DNA of 64,000 nucleotides from Methanobacteriota archaeon (GCA_002722595.1 PBMO01000021.1:3217-67216), one strand, 5' to 3'; numbered from the stretch's first letter, positions 41,900 to 52,598 are shown. Program-made: numbers and translations. Notes: a model not told the origin generated them from the letters alone.

Positions 41900-41936
41900 C
41901 CGTCCGAGGCACAACGTGCCTCGGGCGGTTTTTTTT
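41900..41936 (+). terminator. Hairpin plus U-tract terminator after the MC1 gene
   Basis: CCGTCCGAGGCAC-AAC-GTGCCTCGGGCGG (13 bp, one G-U pair) followed by T8. Confidence 0.75.
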
Positions 41937-41950
41937 GTTTCCAATTAAAT

Positions 41951-42715
41951 CTATTTTCGCAACCCAATTTTCTTTGCTAGTATTGCAATTGGGTCATAAT
42001 ATTCAGTGATGACTCTTTCTTTGAGTGGAATGATTGCGTTGTCTGTAATATTGATGCCAGCAGGGCATACTTCTGTACAGCAACGAGTGATGTTACAGTA
42101 CCCTAGTCCATAATCATCTTTGATTAATTCTAATCGATTATCTTGGTCCATAGGGTGCATCTCAAGATTGGCTAGACGAACAAAGAATCTTGGGCCTGCA
42201 AACTCATCAAACAGTTGATGTTCACGCATTACGTGACAAGTGTTTACACAGAGCATGCATTCAATGCAAGCCCGGAACTCTTGCACACGATCTGCTTCTT
42301 TTTGATCAAATTCCCAATCCATTTCATCAGGGCCGTTTAACGGTGGTATGGTTTTATTCAGGTCATAGGCCCATTGTAAATCTGTCACAAGGTCCTTAGT
42401 TAGCGGGAATGCTTGCATCGGCTTTACAACAACAGGTGTATTTTCAGGAGTTTCTTCCATTATTTCTTCCATACGAGTCATGCACATTAATCGCGGTTTA
42501 CCATTGACTTCAGCACTGCAAGATCCACACTTTCCAGCCTTACAATTCCACCTGCAAGAAATATCTGGTGCGTGTTCGGCTTGAATTTTGTGAACGACAT
42601 CAAGAACAACCATTCCCTCATCCATCTCTACAGTGTAATCTACCATCTCCCCAACTGGATTCCCGTCTTCATTCGGTTCGCCACGGAAAATTCGGAATGT
42701 CACATCTTCAGTCAT
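41951..42715 (-). CDS. sdhB: Succinate dehydrogenase iron-sulfur subunit
   Basis: CKAGKCGSC, CIECMLCVNTC, CNITRCCTEVCP. Confidence 0.93.
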   Translation of the reverse strand: MTEDVTFRIFRGEPNEDGNPVGEMVDYTVEMDEGMVVLDVVHKIQAEHAPDISCRWNCKAGKCGSCSAEVNGKPRLMCMTRMEEIMEETPENTPVVVKPMQAFPLTKDLVTDLQWAYDLNKTIPPLNGPDEMDWEFDQKEADRVQEFRACIECMLCVNTCHVMREHQLFDEFAGPRFFVRLANLEMHPMDQDNRLELIKDDYGLGYCNITRCCTEVCPAGINITDNAIIPLKERVITEYYDPIAILAKKIGLRK

Positions 42716-42716
42716 G

Positions 42717-44552
42717 TCACTCTTCCTCCTCGTGCAAATCTTCAGCATCCAATAATTCTTTCAGGCGAGCAGGAATTGGTGGATACTTTCTGTGAGTCAT
42801 TTCCATTTCTCCAGAACTATTCATTATAATCACACTGTTTATTTTACCCCAATGTTTGTAGTCAGGTGAAGGGAAATCCAGACGTGTGTGGCCACCGCGA
42901 CTTTCTTCTCTTGCTAGTGCTGCAAGGGCACACATTTTGCTGATATCAATCATTGCACCTATCTCCAAAGCTTGATGCCATCCTGGGTTGTAAATACGGC
43001 TTCCACCAGGGGAAGTAGTAGCTTCCCTTTCTCGGAATTTTTCTAAATCCTCAAGCGCTTCTTTTAATTGATGACCCTGTCGTATAATTCCAACTTTTTC
43101 TTGCATCATATCCCGTAAATCTTCGACCACTTTGGCAGGGTTTTCTCCATCATTACGGGAAAGGGGAGCAAGTGTTTCTGCAATCACTTTAGAGATTTCA
43201 TCTTCATCCAAATCTGCGAACCCATCAATTTCAGCAGCGGCTTCAGCGGCATACTGCCCTGCTCGCTTTCCAAATGTAATCAAATCTGATAATGAATTAC
43301 CACCTAGTCGGTTGGCACCATGCAAACCAGTTGCGGCTTCACCTGCTGCAAACAATCCAGGCACAGTGGATTCCTGCGTCACGGGGTCGACTTTGACTCC
43401 GCCCATCACATAGTGAGCAGTGGGTCCAACTTCCATTGGTTCTTTGGTAATATCGACTGCAGCAAGTTCCATGAATTGATGATACATACCTGGTAATTTT
43501 TTCTTCACTTGCTCCTCAGGTCTCCATGAGATATTTAGGTAGGCTCCACCATGTTTGGAGGCACGACCAGCTTCTCGTTCGGAATTAATTGCCTTGGCAA
43601 CAACATCTCTTGTTAGAAGTTCAGGGGGACGACGAGCAGTGGGCGTCTCATCAGCGACAATTGAGTTCACCCAATCCATTGCTTCATCTTCTGTATCTGC
43701 GAATTCTTCCCGATACATTTCTGGAACGTAGTTGAACATAAATCTCTCTCCTTCTGAATTAGTAAGCATACCACCCTCTCCACGGACACCTTCTGTAACG
43801 AGAATTCCACGTACGCTAGGTGGCCAGATCATACCGGTCGGATGAAATTGTACAAACTCCATGTCCCCCATTTCTGCTCCAGCCCAATATGCAAGGGCAT
43901 GACCTTCTCCAGTATATTCCCAAGACCCTGAACATACGGCCCAACAACGTGTAATCCCTCCAGTTGCAAGAACGGTTGTTTTGGCCTTGAAAACATGCAG
44001 AGAACCGTCAACGCGATTGTAAGCAAAACAGCCCGAGACTCGCCCCTCGGTCTTGAACAAATGGCGTACAGTATATTCCATGAATACTTCCATTCCGGTA
44101 TGTATGCCTCTCTCTTGGAGAGTACGAATCAATTCCAATCCAGTAGCATCTCCTATGTGTGCCAGTCGAGGATATGTATGGCCACCAAAATTTCGTTGGT
44201 TTGTTAATCCATTAGGTGTTCTGTCAAAGATAGCGCCCCACTGTTCTAGTTCGCGAATCCGATCTGGACTTTCTTTCGCATGAATCTCAGCCATTCTCCA
44301 ATCGCCAAGATATTTGCCTCCTTTCATAGTGTCACGAAAATGCGTTTGCCAAGAATCTCGAGGGTCCTTGTTAGCTAAGGCTGCTGCTGCCCCACCTTCT
44401 GCCATTACTGTATGGGCTTTACCCAACATCGATTTACAAACAACTGCAACTGATGCACCTAACCTAGTGGCCTCTATCGCAGCTCTAAGCCCCGCACCTC
44501 CAGCACCAATAATTACAACATCGAACTCATGAGTTGTATATTCTTCAGTCAA
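42717..44552 (-). CDS. sdhA: Succinate dehydrogenase flavoprotein subunit
   Basis: [16 protein letters not shown] (FAD His), [25 protein letters not shown] start after the anchor-subunit stop. Confidence 0.93.
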   Translation of the reverse strand: MTEEYTTHEFDVVIIGAGGAGLRAAIEATRLGASVAVVCKSMLGKAHTVMAEGGAAAALANKDPRDSWQTHFRDTMKGGKYLGDWRMAEIHAKESPDRIRELEQWGAIFDRTPNGLTNQRNFGGHTYPRLAHIGDATGLELIRTLQERGIHTGMEVFMEYTVRHLFKTEGRVSGCFAYNRVDGSLHVFKAKTTVLATGGITRCWAVCSGSWEYTGEGHALAYWAGAEMGDMEFVQFHPTGMIWPPSVRGILVTEGVRGEGGMLTNSEGERFMFNYVPEMYREEFADTEDEAMDWVNSIVADETPTARRPPELLTRDVVAKAINSEREAGRASKHGGAYLNISWRPEEQVKKKLPGMYHQFMELAAVDITKEPMEVGPTAHYVMGGVKVDPVTQESTVPGLFAAGEAATGLHGANRLGGNSLSDLITFGKRAGQYAAEAAAEIDGFADLDEDEISKVIAETLAPLSRNDGENPAKVVEDLRDMMQEKVGIIRQGHQLKEALEDLEKFREREATTSPGGSRIYNPGWHQALEIGAMIDISKMCALAALAREESRGGHTRLDFPSPDYKHWGKINSVIIMNSSGEMEMTHRKYPPIPARLKELLDAEDLHEEEE

Positions 44553-44553
44553 T

Positions 44554-45414
44554 CTAAGCACCCCCCCAGAGGACAATGTCAGTCCAACCAAAAATCGGAT
44601 CAGTGCATGCGTAAACGTAGAAATCTGCAAACATCACAACAAAGAGTGAGTACAAGGCCCAATCTTTGTGATGCTCATTGAGTTTGGTGCTAAATTTCCA
44701 TAGTTTATACTTCAACTTAGCCATTCCAGAAGAGGTCCAATCATTGGCACCTCCTCCAACAACGTGTCTGAAAGCATGGCAACCAAGAGTATACCCTGTA
44801 AGCATGAATACATTCAGAAGAAGAATCAGAGATCCAACAGAGATTCCGTATGTGTGTGCATGAGTTATTGGGTCATGGAAATTGATTGATAGCCATACAT
44901 CATAGGATAAAATCGGTAAGTATGCTAATGCAGCATACATGAAATATCGATGTAGGTTTTGAAAAATTAGTAAACCAGTTTCACCAGAGTAGGCATTCCA
45001 CGGTTTGCTTACTGCACAGGCTGTTGGGTGCTGGAAGAATGCCCGATAGTACGCTTTTCGGTAATAGTAGCAGGTTCCACGAAATCCAGCAGGAAATATC
45101 AGGATGAACATTGCAGGTGAAAGCCACCAAATTGATTCAGGCATCCAACTATGTTCATCAGGAATGATAAGGGGACTAAATAGCGGGCTCAAGACGTGAC
45201 TATGATTCGATTCAATTGCCATTGTCTGGGCGCCAGCAGAACGCCCGAAATCACTGAAAATCCAGAAATCAGCCTCCATGAATCCTCTCCATGTAGCGTA
45301 AACAACCATCAGGCCCAGATAGGAGGCCATGGCTACAGGACCTTTCCACCATTGGTCGATTCGGTCAGTCTTACCGAACCCTTTTTTCATTGGTAAAGAG
45401 ATTTTGTCCCCCAA
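44554..45414 (-). CDS. Succinate dehydrogenase membrane anchor, actinobacterial Sdh1 (type F)-like
   Basis: [37 protein letters not shown]; ~5 TM; first gene of the sdh operon. Confidence 0.8.
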   Translation of the reverse strand: MGDKISLPMKKGFGKTDRIDQWWKGPVAMASYLGLMVVYATWRGFMEADFWIFSDFGRSAGAQTMAIESNHSHVLSPLFSPLIIPDEHSWMPESIWWLSPAMFILIFPAGFRGTCYYYRKAYYRAFFQHPTACAVSKPWNAYSGETGLLIFQNLHRYFMYAALAYLPILSYDVWLSINFHDPITHAHTYGISVGSLILLLNVFMLTGYTLGCHAFRHVVGGGANDWTSSGMAKLKYKLWKFSTKLNEHHKDWALYSLFVVMFADFYVYACTDPIFGWTDIVLWGGA

Positions 45415-45510
45415 CGCATAACAGCCCCATCCTACCTGTCAAGGTAACCCCTCCATATAGTTGCGTTTGAAATCATTAGGATTCATATGTGTGGGACTAT
45501 ACCGCTAATC

Positions 45511-45612
45511 ATGTTCGATGATGTCCTTTCCATTTGTACGGAATGTGGATTCATGCCTGGAGCATATATTCCTGGCATGCCTTGCCCAGAATGTGGAGCA
45601 CTGATTCTTTGA
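45511..45612 (+). CDS. CPxCG-type zinc-finger micro-protein (33 aa; 41 aa from ATG 45487)
   Basis: MFDDVLSICTECGFMPGAYIPGMPCPECGALIL*; two CxxCG knuckles; lies in an otherwise empty gap. Confidence 0.6.
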   Translation: MFDDVLSICTECGFMPGAYIPGMPCPECGALIL

Positions 45613-45663
45613 TGACCATTCCATAGGGTCTCATTGATAATCCGAAGGCTCTTCGCGTGTTTT

Positions 45664-47682
45664 ATGTCCGGACAAAAGGTTGCATTTGTACTAGTATTGA
45701 TGATGCTTTTACCAGGTTGTATGGGAGGGGAATCTTCCGATTCTGACACCTCAGAAATTGTCACGCCTGATGACATTGACCCAATACCAGCTCAAACGAT
45801 TAATGTTGAAAGCACAAGTGGATGTGATAATCTCAACCCAATTCATTGCATGTTGCCATTCCCATCATCGGCATTCTTGAAAGATGACAACACCACAATA
45901 ACTGGGTTGCGAGTGGATTATGCACCAAACACATTGCCAGTCTCTGGAACGCTGACCAACCAAGGTGGAAATGTTCAGATTGATTCATTAAACAGGTTAG
46001 ATGGAATGAGCCCATCAACTCAGATTATGACTGCTTTTAGCACTCTTCCTAATCTTACAGGTGTCGCAGATCAATACAACATAGGCCAGTCTTTAGAAAC
46101 TGGACATTCGACGACTCTGTTGAATTTAGACACTGGTGAAAGGTTACCCCATTGGGTTGAGCTTGATGCACGTGCAGATTCGGAATCCGAGACAATAGTA
46201 TTCATTCGCACTCTCAATTCATTAGACCCTAACACAAATTATGGCGTTGGTATTTCAGGTATGGGTGTTTCACCATCGGATGCATTCCAAGCTATATTGG
46301 ATGGTGTAGAGACCAACGCAATCGATGTCGAGAATCGTCGAGAGTCACTGAATTTGTTAATCGAAGAAATGGAAAAGGTAGGGCACCCTGTTGCAGATTT
46401 GAAGGCTGCATGGACCTTTCACACAGCATCTCTGGATTCAATTCTTGGCGGAACTCTATCAATGAGAGAAGATGCTTTGCAACGTCTCGGTGACGGTGGC
46501 ATCAATTGCACTGTAACAAATGTAGAAGAGAACTGGATTGATGATACTGATTCTGACTTCAGATTGATTGAAGGTACATACACGGTCCCTCAATATGTAG
46601 AACGTCAAGTGCTTCCAAGTCTACTGAGTCGTGATGCAAATGGCACCCCTCAATTTGTAGAGAACGCAGAGATTCCTTTCACATTAGTCATTCCGAAGAT
46701 AATTGCTGACAATAATGAGAGTGCCCCTCTCGTGGTATTTGGACATGGTTTCCTAGGCGATGGACGTTCGACAAAAGGCTACACAATTGGTTGGGCTCAA
46801 GAGTATCAGGTTGCAATGATTTCTACAGATATTGCTGGGTGGTCCGGTGCCGATATGGATACGATATTCATGGGCCTTGGAGACCCATCCTACTTCGAGC
46901 ATCAATCTGATAGATTACAACAAATGCTAATCAATCAAATGGCTATGGCTAGAACTTTCAAGGGCGTATGTAGTGATTTGGCCGATATGTTTCACAATGG
47001 TACCAATCTTGTAGATAGTTCCGATGTCCACTACATGGGTTATTCATTGGGCGGGATCTATGGCGCAAGTATTACAGCGTTTTCTCCTGACATAGATCGT
47101 GCGGCTCTGTGGGTTGGGGGCTCTGGTTTTTCATCATTCATTGAACGGAGTACCAACTATGCCAGATTCTCAGATCCATTCAAAGTATCTCAAGCATATA
47201 CAGAGAGAAACGATCGTGCGTTGTTGATTGCAGTCTGCCAACAGATGTGGGATGCATCTGATGCTGAAACCTGGCTGAGATTCTCTCAGGAAGGATATGG
47301 TGATGACATACAATCATTCAATTTCTTGTCGACTATATCGGTCAATGATGCTCAGGTCCCAGGATTATCTGCTGATCGCTCAGCCCGGACTGCAGGTGTT
47401 CCGTTACTGAATGGTTCTATGCGAATGCCCTATGGAATTACCGTAGCCGATGGTCCAATCAATGGTTCAGCCATTGTTTACTGGGATGGTGGTTATGCTG
47501 ACATGCCATCAACGAATGCTGCGCCACCCATTGGGGACGCAGGTAAGGCACACAATGAGATTGCACCCATTATCCAAGTGAATTCAATGGTTGGCGATTT
47601 CTTGAATACTGGTATCATAAATGATACATGTAACGGAAGTTGCACATTCGATTATAACACCGATAGCGTTGAAGGGTTCTAG
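45664..47682 (+). CDS. Lipoprotein with alpha/beta-hydrolase (lipase-like) domain
   Basis: Lipobox LPGC, C.LPFPS and LDG.S N-terminal domain, FGHGFLG, nucleophile GYSLGG. Confidence 0.75.
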   Translation: MSGQKVAFVLVLMMLLPGCMGGESSDSDTSEIVTPDDIDPIPAQTINVESTSGCDNLNPIHCMLPFPSSAFLKDDNTTITGLRVDYAPNTLPVSGTLTNQGGNVQIDSLNRLDGMSPSTQIMTAFSTLPNLTGVADQYNIGQSLETGHSTTLLNLDTGERLPHWVELDARADSESETIVFIRTLNSLDPNTNYGVGISGMGVSPSDAFQAILDGVETNAIDVENRRESLNLLIEEMEKVGHPVADLKAAWTFHTASLDSILGGTLSMREDALQRLGDGGINCTVTNVEENWIDDTDSDFRLIEGTYTVPQYVERQVLPSLLSRDANGTPQFVENAEIPFTLVIPKIIADNNESAPLVVFGHGFLGDGRSTKGYTIGWAQEYQVAMISTDIAGWSGADMDTIFMGLGDPSYFEHQSDRLQQMLINQMAMARTFKGVCSDLADMFHNGTNLVDSSDVHYMGYSLGGIYGASITAFSPDIDRAALWVGGSGFSSFIERSTNYARFSDPFKVSQAYTERNDRALLIAVCQQMWDASDAETWLRFSQEGYGDDIQSFNFLSTISVNDAQVPGLSADRSARTAGVPLLNGSMRMPYGITVADGPINGSAIVYWDGGYADMPSTNAAPPIGDAGKAHNEIAPIIQVNSMVGDFLNTGIINDTCNGSCTFDYNTDSVEGF

Positions 47683-47879
47683 CGAAATTTTCGAGACGAC
47701 GGGGCAACCTTCGGTTGCTTCCTTTTTCCTCTTGTCGTCATTGGAGTTTCTCGGAAATCCCATGGATTTGTTTGCTTCCAACTATTGCGATTCCTCTTGA
47801 GTTCTCGAACTGCTAGAATGAATACAAATAGTGTACAAACTGCTACTAAAATTACAATAATGCCCATTGTCGAAATCAT
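47679..47879 (-). CDS. Small single-TM protein with basic tail (66 aa)
   Basis: ATG 47879 overlaps the TGA of the ABA4-like gene (ATGA); TM helix then K/R-rich tail. Confidence 0.5.
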   Translation of the reverse strand: MISTMGIIVILVAVCTLFVFILAVRELKRNRNSWKQTNPWDFRETPMTTRGKRKQPKVAPSSRKFR

Positions 47880-48328
47880 GCTGTCATCTCCTGTTTCTTC
47901 GTTTCTATTTCGTGAGTAATTGACATCCCTAGTAGAACTCCTAATGGAGCCACCATCATGCAAAGCAGCAATGTTGGCATTGACACCCAAATTGGTTTTT
48001 CGGTAGTATTCATTCGTTTCCAAATCCATCTGCCTGCTAAGGTATCTAGAGCCAGCATGTGTAACCAAGCGAGCATAATTGTTGTATCATCATCAAACAT
48101 CTCAAGGACGATTTCTGGAGTGGGCATTTGTGTTCCTAATAACAGAAAAATATCCAGCAAGTTTGGTATTACAAGTAGTACATATGGCACAGTCAATGGG
48201 GCGATACAATACCACGGATTACCCAATAATTTCGCTGTAATTTCATGCTTAGGCAAGAACCACATCAGCATCCAAAATGGGAGTATAAGAATACTTGAAA
48301 TCCAGAATAACACGGTCATGGTTGACAT
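47876..48328 (-). CDS. ABA4-like (DUF4281) membrane protein
   Basis: PFW.LM..LP, AWLHMLALD..AGRWI, MVAPLG; GAGGTG Shine-Dalgarno. Confidence 0.8.
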   Translation of the reverse strand: MSTMTVLFWISSILILPFWMLMWFLPKHEITAKLLGNPWYCIAPLTVPYVLLVIPNLLDIFLLLGTQMPTPEIVLEMFDDDTTIMLAWLHMLALDTLAGRWIWKRMNTTEKPIWVSMPTLLLCMMVAPLGVLLGMSITHEIETKKQEMTA

Positions 48329-48337
48329 AATAACACC

Positions 48338-49915
48338 TCAATTTGCATTTATTTTCCTAATTGATTTCGGTTTTCTAACGGTTGGGAACCAAGTATCTAC
48401 TCCATTCCAATCAGGTACAATACCTAGATCTGCACAAATTAGTTTACTTGATATTCTTCCACTTTCATATATCGTAGGTAATCCACTTCCTGGATGAGTC
48501 CCTCCTCCAACAATGTATACATTTTCAAATTCTTCAAACCGATTATTTGGCCGCATCCAAAGCATTTGAGTTATGTTATGTGTGAGGTTGAAAACAGCTC
48601 CTCTGTAGATACTTCTTTCTCCCCAATCATCCGGTGTGACAATAGTTTCCGATACAATGTGTTCTTCAACATCCTCGAATCCTAGTTTTTCCATCTGTCG
48701 AATGACAATGTCACGATATTCCATTTTCATTGAGTTCCAATCAATATCATGTTTTGTATTGGGTACTGGTACCAGAACATACAGTGTCGATTTCCCTTCT
48801 GGTGCCAATGTATTATCCGTCACACAAGCATTTTGCACATATATCGAGGGGTCCTCCCAAGGCACATCTCCGCCAACAATGGCATCAAGATTAGATTCGT
48901 AGTCCTTTGCAGCATATATCTGGTGATGTGGTTGCTGATCATACAATTTGTCCATTCCCAGATACAGCATGAATGTTGAACAGGAGTACCCCTTCTTCTC
49001 GAGTTTTTTATTACTCCATTTTCTCCTTCTTTTATCTGGAACCAAACCCTTCATCGCAGTAGCAAAATCAGCATTCACTACAATTTTGTCTGCAGTGTAA
49101 ACACCTTGTGCAGTTCTTACACCTGAAACCTTCTTACTATTTCCTTCAAAGACAATCTCTTCGACCTTTTCTCCTAGCTGTATTTTGACACCCATTTCTT
49201 TAGCAATATCTGCCATTCGTTCAGATATTGCACCTAGCCCCCCCTCTGTGTGAAATACTCCATGGGCATACTCTAGGTACGATAAAATTGTGAATAAGGA
49301 GGGCGCATGAAATGGACTCATGCCCAGATATTTTGTCTGAAAACTCATGGCTAACCGGATTCTAGGATCGGGAAATATTCGTTGGAGATCAGTTGCCACC
49401 GATCTCCATGGCCTTAGTACCGTAGCAGCGCTGAATGCTCTTTTACTGAATACGTTAGTTATTGAATTCCACGGTGTTTGTAAAGTTGATTTAGCTCGAT
49501 TGAGTTTTTTCCGATTGTCTTCAATGTACTTTTGGAAACCCTTTGCATTTACTTCACCAGAAAGCTCACGAACCCTTTCAGTCATTAATTCCAAATCACA
49601 GGTGGCATCAATATGCCCCCCGGCTCCAAAAACCAAGCGATAATTCGGATCAATTGGTATCAATCCCAAGTCCTTATGCGCATCTCTGCCTATTGCCTGA
49701 AAAATTTCTTCAATAATTTCAGGGAAGTGGAAAAAGGTAGGCCCATTATCGAATTTGAAACCATCTTTTTCCCAAACATGAGTTCGGCCACCAACGAAAT
49801 TTTCTTTCTCAAGTATTGTCACATCTATGCCTGATTTAGCAAGTAGCAATGCAGATGCTAGACCACCTGGTCCGGCTCCAACGATGATTACCTTTGGTTT
49901 TGCATCATCGGACAT
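48338..49915 (-). CDS. crtI: Phytoene desaturase family protein
   Basis: GAGPGGL FAD motif, FDNGPT, SCSTFMLYLG, GGGTHPGSGLPTI. Confidence 0.9.
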   Translation of the reverse strand: MSDDAKPKVIIVGAGPGGLASALLLAKSGIDVTILEKENFVGGRTHVWEKDGFKFDNGPTFFHFPEIIEEIFQAIGRDAHKDLGLIPIDPNYRLVFGAGGHIDATCDLELMTERVRELSGEVNAKGFQKYIEDNRKKLNRAKSTLQTPWNSITNVFSKRAFSAATVLRPWRSVATDLQRIFPDPRIRLAMSFQTKYLGMSPFHAPSLFTILSYLEYAHGVFHTEGGLGAISERMADIAKEMGVKIQLGEKVEEIVFEGNSKKVSGVRTAQGVYTADKIVVNADFATAMKGLVPDKRRRKWSNKKLEKKGYSCSTFMLYLGMDKLYDQQPHHQIYAAKDYESNLDAIVGGDVPWEDPSIYVQNACVTDNTLAPEGKSTLYVLVPVPNTKHDIDWNSMKMEYRDIVIRQMEKLGFEDVEEHIVSETIVTPDDWGERSIYRGAVFNLTHNITQMLWMRPNNRFEEFENVYIVGGGTHPGSGLPTIYESGRISSKLICADLGIVPDWNGVDTWFPTVRKPKSIRKINAN

Positions 49916-49965
49916 ATTACTCAAAGGGTATTGAACGACTTATAAGGGGGCGTTTTTCATCTAAT

Positions 49966-51201
49966 CTAAAATTGGCTTGGTATTTTCAAACCAGTTCTAA
50001 ATTCTTTCAAATACGGCCCCATAGATTCGATCAATTTTACATTGGGGTGGGTACGAATAACTAAGCCATCCATATACATCAATGCTCGAATGATTGGAAA
50101 CGCCTCTTCACCGAAGTCAGCCTTTGCAATTTCAACAGCGGCTCTTACCGTTTTCATCATAATTCGGGTCAGACTTTGTTCCCCAACAGATTTTGTTTCA
50201 AAGTCAGAATATATTTCTCCCATTTTCCTGCGAAATTTGACAATTCTCTTTTCACTAAGTTCAGAGTCAGACATCTTCATCAAAGATTCATATGCGGCGT
50301 CATATTCACGTTTGGCTAGATTGTCAAAGAAGTTGAAAAGTGATAAACTGATTTTTTTGGGTGCATGACATATCGCCCCATTATCAATGAATACAAAATT
50401 ACCTTGCTTATCGATGATACAATTGCCGGGATGCAAGTCGCCATGGAACGTACCCACGCCAAAAAGAAAAGCACCATGTATTCTGAATAGATCGAGGAGT
50501 GTTTGCCAAGATAGTGATTTTTCATCAATGCCTTTCTCAAGAGAAGTACCCTCAATGTATTCTGAAACAAGAACATATTCATTTGATAATTCCTTCCAAT
50601 ATTTTGGGAATCTCAACTTTGGCATAGGGAAATCATCAGAAATAGACGTTTGAATTTCTTTCAGTTCTTCAGCCCCCTTTATCTCGTTTCGCAAGTCCAG
50701 TTCTCTTGTAGTGTAATCAGAAACGTGATTTAGCAGAGCTATTGGGTTTCCAACGCGTCGTAGTTTCGGATATACAAGCATAATGATTCGCAACCACCTT
50801 CTCATACGTCGGACGTCTCTTCTGAATTCATCTGCGGATTGATTTTTGATTACTTTGACAACAACATCTTCTCCGGATTTTAATTTAGCACGATGGACTT
50901 GACCAACGGATGCAGATGCCAGTGGGGTTTCATCTATGGATTCAAATGCCTCTCGAAATCCGATAGGCGCCTTCCTATCGATTCCAATGAATACGTCTTC
51001 TGCCGGAATTTGTGAGGCATTTTGATACAAAGTTTGCAATTGTTGACATTTTTCATCGCTAAGTATATCCGACCTTAGAGCAAAAATTTGAGTTAATTTA
51101 ACCGCCAACAAACCTTGCCTTTGAATCCAATCCAAATCAGCTGGTCGATCCCTAAGAATCTGGCGCATGAAACGTAAGAATGTCAGTAGACGCATGTTCA
51201 C
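49966..51201 (-). CDS. ABC1/UbiB (AarF) family atypical kinase
   Basis: VKLTQ, PLASASVGQVHRA, VVVKV, ELDL..E, FHGDLHPGN. Confidence 0.88.
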   Translation of the reverse strand: MNMRLLTFLRFMRQILRDRPADLDWIQRQGLLAVKLTQIFALRSDILSDEKCQQLQTLYQNASQIPAEDVFIGIDRKAPIGFREAFESIDETPLASASVGQVHRAKLKSGEDVVVKVIKNQSADEFRRDVRRMRRWLRIIMLVYPKLRRVGNPIALLNHVSDYTTRELDLRNEIKGAEELKEIQTSISDDFPMPKLRFPKYWKELSNEYVLVSEYIEGTSLEKGIDEKSLSWQTLLDLFRIHGAFLFGVGTFHGDLHPGNCIIDKQGNFVFIDNGAICHAPKKISLSLFNFFDNLAKREYDAAYESLMKMSDSELSEKRIVKFRRKMGEIYSDFETKSVGEQSLTRIMMKTVRAAVEIAKADFGEEAFPIIRALMYMDGLVIRTHPNVKLIESMGPYLKEFRTGLKIPSQF

Positions 51202-52598
51202 TCCTGCATTTCAATGAGATCATGTTCTTGAAAAATTAGATAATATCTACTAAATTCACCATCCACTCCATCCTCTCTGCGGATTGTTACGTTGTCCCCA
51301 TCAGAATAACGAGTCTCGAGAACACCTCCAATAATTCCATCATCAAGTTCAGCTAATGGCAAAGAATCGTCGGATTCATTTTCTTGCTTTTGCAAATATA
51401 CTTTGACATGAAAAGTGGGGTCTAACTCATAATCCAGTTCTCCCAAACCTGCATGCTCCCACCAATCCATCATCTCGTTCAAGAACTCCACATGCCCCTC
51501 AATTGCACGTAGACTGAAAGCCAACTCCCTTCCGATCCTATTTCCAACCTGTCTTAGGATGCTACCAATGTCAATCCCCAGAGCCCGAAGATTCTCTAAT
51601 TTTCCACCTTGTAATGCAAGTCTAGCATCATTAAGTTCGTGACCAGATGCAAGGAATGATTGTGGATCAAATGGTGTATCCTTATCAGGTAATTCTCCAG
51701 ATAGACCCAAGGCGTTTCTGAATGTGTCTAGAAATGATCCCTCTCCGACAGTCAATCGCAAAGGATCAACGATTCTTTCCTCTGTGAATCGGACTTTCGC
51801 AACATCAAAATCTACCGCATCATCCCAGATAGCTTCAACAAGATTAGACTGGTTCGCAGCAAACGAATTTGATTCGATTACTAATGCAGCATCTTCCCTC
51901 CCCCTTCCAACTGGGTTTTCTTCAACCTGTAAAAATTGAATGACCTCAGATTGATCCATCAATGCACCAAGAGAGCTGACATCATCTGAGTGTCTCACCC
52001 CTATTGAATCATCCAACTCATTGAAGAATCTAACAGTACGGCGATCTAGTTGAGCAAGAACGTTGACAACAACCCCTCTTTGTGCAGCAGAATTGACTTC
52101 CGCCAGTGCATCAGATCTACACAGGTGCAATATCCCGAATTGGCCGAGAAGTAACACGAGTCTTTCTTCAGCATCCAGAGCCATCTTTTTGATGCGATTG
52201 AAGATGTGTACTCTTTCCTTTAAAACTGCAAATCGGGGTTCGAGTGATGACGCTTGTTCCTTCTTACCCTTTTTCTGCATCGGGCTATTTCCAGATTCTA
52301 ATTCGGCTAATCCAGACTCTGTGCGTTTGAGTTTCAATCTCTGCATATCTATCAATTTACGAATAACTGCATCGACAGAATCACAACTAAATTTCATAGG
52401 TTTCTCTGCAGAAACAACGACAATACCAATTTCTTGTAAACGAGAAAGAGAATTGTACGCATCAAGGCGAGTAGTTCCAAGTTCTTTCGCCAATTCACTT
52501 GCCCGCATTCGTTCGTTTGCGGAGAGGATAAGAATAGCCTCTGCTTCTCTTGGTGTGAGGCCTGCATCGACTAAGACTTGTTGCCAAGACATCCTCAA
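51198..52598 (-). CDS. TrmB-family transcription regulator with C-terminal V4R-like domain
   Basis: N-terminal wHTH (GLTPREA..ASELAKEL..AYNSLSRL..G.V...KP), TrmB middle domain (AAQRGVVV), C-terminal G..IG.EL...W...GLG pattern. Confidence 0.8.
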   Translation of the reverse strand: MRMSWQQVLVDAGLTPREAEAILILSANERMRASELAKELGTTRLDAYNSLSRLQEIGIVVVSAEKPMKFSCDSVDAVIRKLIDMQRLKLKRTESGLAELESGNSPMQKKGKKEQASSLEPRFAVLKERVHIFNRIKKMALDAEERLVLLLGQFGILHLCRSDALAEVNSAAQRGVVVNVLAQLDRRTVRFFNELDDSIGVRHSDDVSSLGALMDQSEVIQFLQVEENPVGRGREDAALVIESNSFAANQSNLVEAIWDDAVDFDVAKVRFTEERIVDPLRLTVGEGSFLDTFRNALGLSGELPDKDTPFDPQSFLASGHELNDARLALQGGKLENLRALGIDIGSILRQVGNRIGRELAFSLRAIEGHVEFLNEMMDWWEHAGLGELDYELDPTFHVKVYLQKQENESDDSLPLAELDDGIIGGVLETRYSDGDNVTIRREDGVDGEFSRYYLIFQEHDLIEMQE

